In this document: in pieces, positions 62,501 through 64,000 of the stretch | How the letters are laid out: each line of letters starts with the position of its first letter | Numbering within the stretch: position 1 is the first letter of the stretch | Assembly (NCBI RefSeq): GCF_009914755.1 | Contig: NC_060940.1 | Length of the DNA stretch: 64,000 nucleotides | Source of the DNA: the human T2T-CHM13v2.0 reference genome, Homo sapiens | Reading direction: 5' to 3' (one strand) | Position numbers and translations under genes: made by a program | The notes under the pieces: generated by a model | What the model was told of the DNA's origin: nothing | The model's input: the letters and a program-made list of their open reading frames with translations, nothing else | The model's database searches: none

Positions 62501-63426
62501 CATTCGACTCCATTTGATGATTCCATTCGATTCCATTTGATGATTCCATTCGAGTCCATTTAATCATTACAGTCGAGTCCATTTGGTGATTCCACCGGAT
62601 TTCCTTTGATAATGATACCATTCAATTACATTTGATGATGATCCCATTCAATTTCATTTGATGGTGATTCCATTAGAGTCCATTCGATGATTTCATTCGA
62701 GTCCCTTCATTGATTCCATCTGATTTCATTGGATGATGACTCCATTCGAGTCCATTCGATGATTCCACTCGATTCCATTAGATGATTCCATTGGAGTCCA
62801 TTTGATTGTTCCATTCGATTCCATTCGATTCCTTTCGAAGATTATTCCATTTGAGTCCATTCGATGATGATTCCATTCCATTCCATTCGATGATTCCGTT
62901 TGATTCCATTCGATGATTCCCTTCGATTCCTTTCTTTGATGATTCCATTCCATTCCATTCAATGATTCCATTCGAATCTATTCCATGATGATTCCTTTCG
63001 ATTCCATTCGCTGATGTTTCCGTTCAATTCCATTCGATGATGATTCCATTCGATTCCATTCATTGAGGATTCCATTTGATTCCATTCAATGATGATTCCG
63101 TTCTATTCCATTCAATGATTGCATTCAATTCCATTCAATGATTATCCCCTTAGAGTAAACTCAACGATTCCATTCAATACCATTCGATGATGATTCCTTT
63201 TGAGTCCATTCAATGATTTCATTCAAGTCCACTTGATGATTCCTTTCAATTCCATTCTATGATGATTCCATTCGAGTCCATTCGATGATTCCATTCGATT
63301 GCATTCGATGATTCCATTATATTCCAGTCAACGATGATTCCATTCGAGTCCATTCGATGATTCCATTAGAGTACATTTAATGATTGCTTTGTTTTCAATT
63401 CGAAGATGATTACATTGGATTCCATT
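53558..63426 (+). repeat. Composite nested repeat unit (9,869 bp), sister of 610-9,777
   Basis: CTATGATACC occurs at 53558 and 63427. The internal sub-unit is 4,130 bp (55225->59355). Offsets to the left composite are 52,948 / 52,925 / 53,518 / 53,417 / 53,639. Confidence 0.82.
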
Positions 63427-64000
63427 CTATGATACCATTCGATTCCATTCAATGATGATTCCACTCAAATCCATTGGATGATTCCATTCGTGTCCATTCG
63501 GTGATTTCATTAGATTCCATTCGAGGATGATTCCATTCGATTCCATTCGATGATTCCATTCAATTCCATTCGATTATGATTCCATTCCAGTCCATATGAT
63601 CATTCCATTTGATTTCATTCGATGATGATTCCATTCGATTCCATTCGATGATTCCATTCTATTCCATTCGATGATGATTCCATTCGAGTCCATTCGATGA
63701 TTCCATTCGAGTCCATTTAATGATTCCATTGGGTTCAATTCAATGATGATTACATTGGATTCCGTTCTATGATTCCATTCAATTCCGTTCATTGACAATT
63801 TGATTCCATTCGATGATGATTCCATTTGAGTTCATTCGATGATTCTATTCGATTCTCTTCGATGGTGATTCAATTCTATTATATTGGATGATTCCATTCG
63901 ATTCCATTTGATGTTGATTCAATTCGATTCTATTCGATGATGATTCCATTGGATTTCACTTGATGATTCTATTCGATTCCATTCAATGATGATTCACTTC

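Larger units (their letters stand above)
1..64000 (+). repeat. Satellite II (HSat2/HSATII) pericentromeric array, CATTC strand on +, probably HSat2B subfamily
   Basis: Continuous (GATTCCATTC)-based sequence with the HSat2 signature CATTCGATTCCATTCGATGAT(GAT) and frequent GAGTCCATTC variants. It has a 23/26-bp base periodicity and no unique sequence anywhere. The subfamily call is an inference from the 6,112-bp period. Confidence 0.97.

Noticed and set aside
610-63825. Numerous short ORFs, nearly all on the minus strand (MESNGIIEWNR-type peptides, up to 193 aa at 27661-28242 and 40321-40902)
   Set aside because: They are direct translations of GAATGGAATC/ATC repeats, which are ATG-rich and stop-poor on that strand. 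They overlap in all three frames, are broken by frameshifts and stops between near-identical copies, and show no domain. They were used only as positional markers.
1-64000. CRISPR-like or other prokaryotic repeat-spacer system
   Set aside because: There are no unique spacers, no constant repeat separated by variable sequence, and no associated genes; the 23/26-bp units are contiguous degenerate satellite.
1-64000. HSat3, alpha satellite or telomeric repeat
   Set aside because: It lacks long (CATTC)n runs, 171-bp monomers and TTAGGG arrays. The pervasive CATTCGATGATGATTC pattern is HSat2.
1-64000. chr1-type HSat2A 1.77-kb periodicity
   Set aside because: No landmark recurs at ~1.8 kb; the observed periods are 4.1, 6.1, 9.2-9.9 and 11.8 kb.
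1-64000. Inversions or Alu/L1/LTR insertions
   Set aside because: I saw no GAATG-oriented stretch, poly-A tail, target-site duplication or non-satellite sequence on reading the window.

Overview
The whole 64 kb window is one uninterrupted, single-orientation array of classical human/great-ape Satellite II (HSat2). It is a CATTC-derived satellite built from 23-bp and 26-bp units of the type GATTCCATTCGA(T/G)TCCATTCGAT(GAT), CpG-rich at TCGA with heavy TTGA/TCAA decay. I found no genes, RNA genes, transposon insertions or inversions, and all listed ORFs are translation artefacts of the satellite. The informative content is the nested tandem-repeat architecture, mapped by eye from rare landmark motifs and ORF offsets. 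In order: a ~9.2 kb composite unit (0.6-9.8 kb); about 1.5 copies of a 6,112-bp unit (9.8-19.0 kb); about 2.7 copies of an ~11.8-kb unit (19.0-50.7 kb); a partial 6.1-kb-type unit (50.7-53.6 kb); and a ~9.9 kb sister of the first composite unit (53.6-63.4 kb). The main observation is that the 6,112-bp, 4,130-bp and 4,063-bp units are all collinear deletion derivatives of the 11,824-bp unit, and the offsets add up exactly. The 6,112-bp period matches my recollection of the ~6.1-kb repeat of the chr16q11.2 HSat2B array, but species and chromosome cannot be proven from the sequence alone. Breakpoints are approximate (within tens of bp) because they lie in repeated microhomology.
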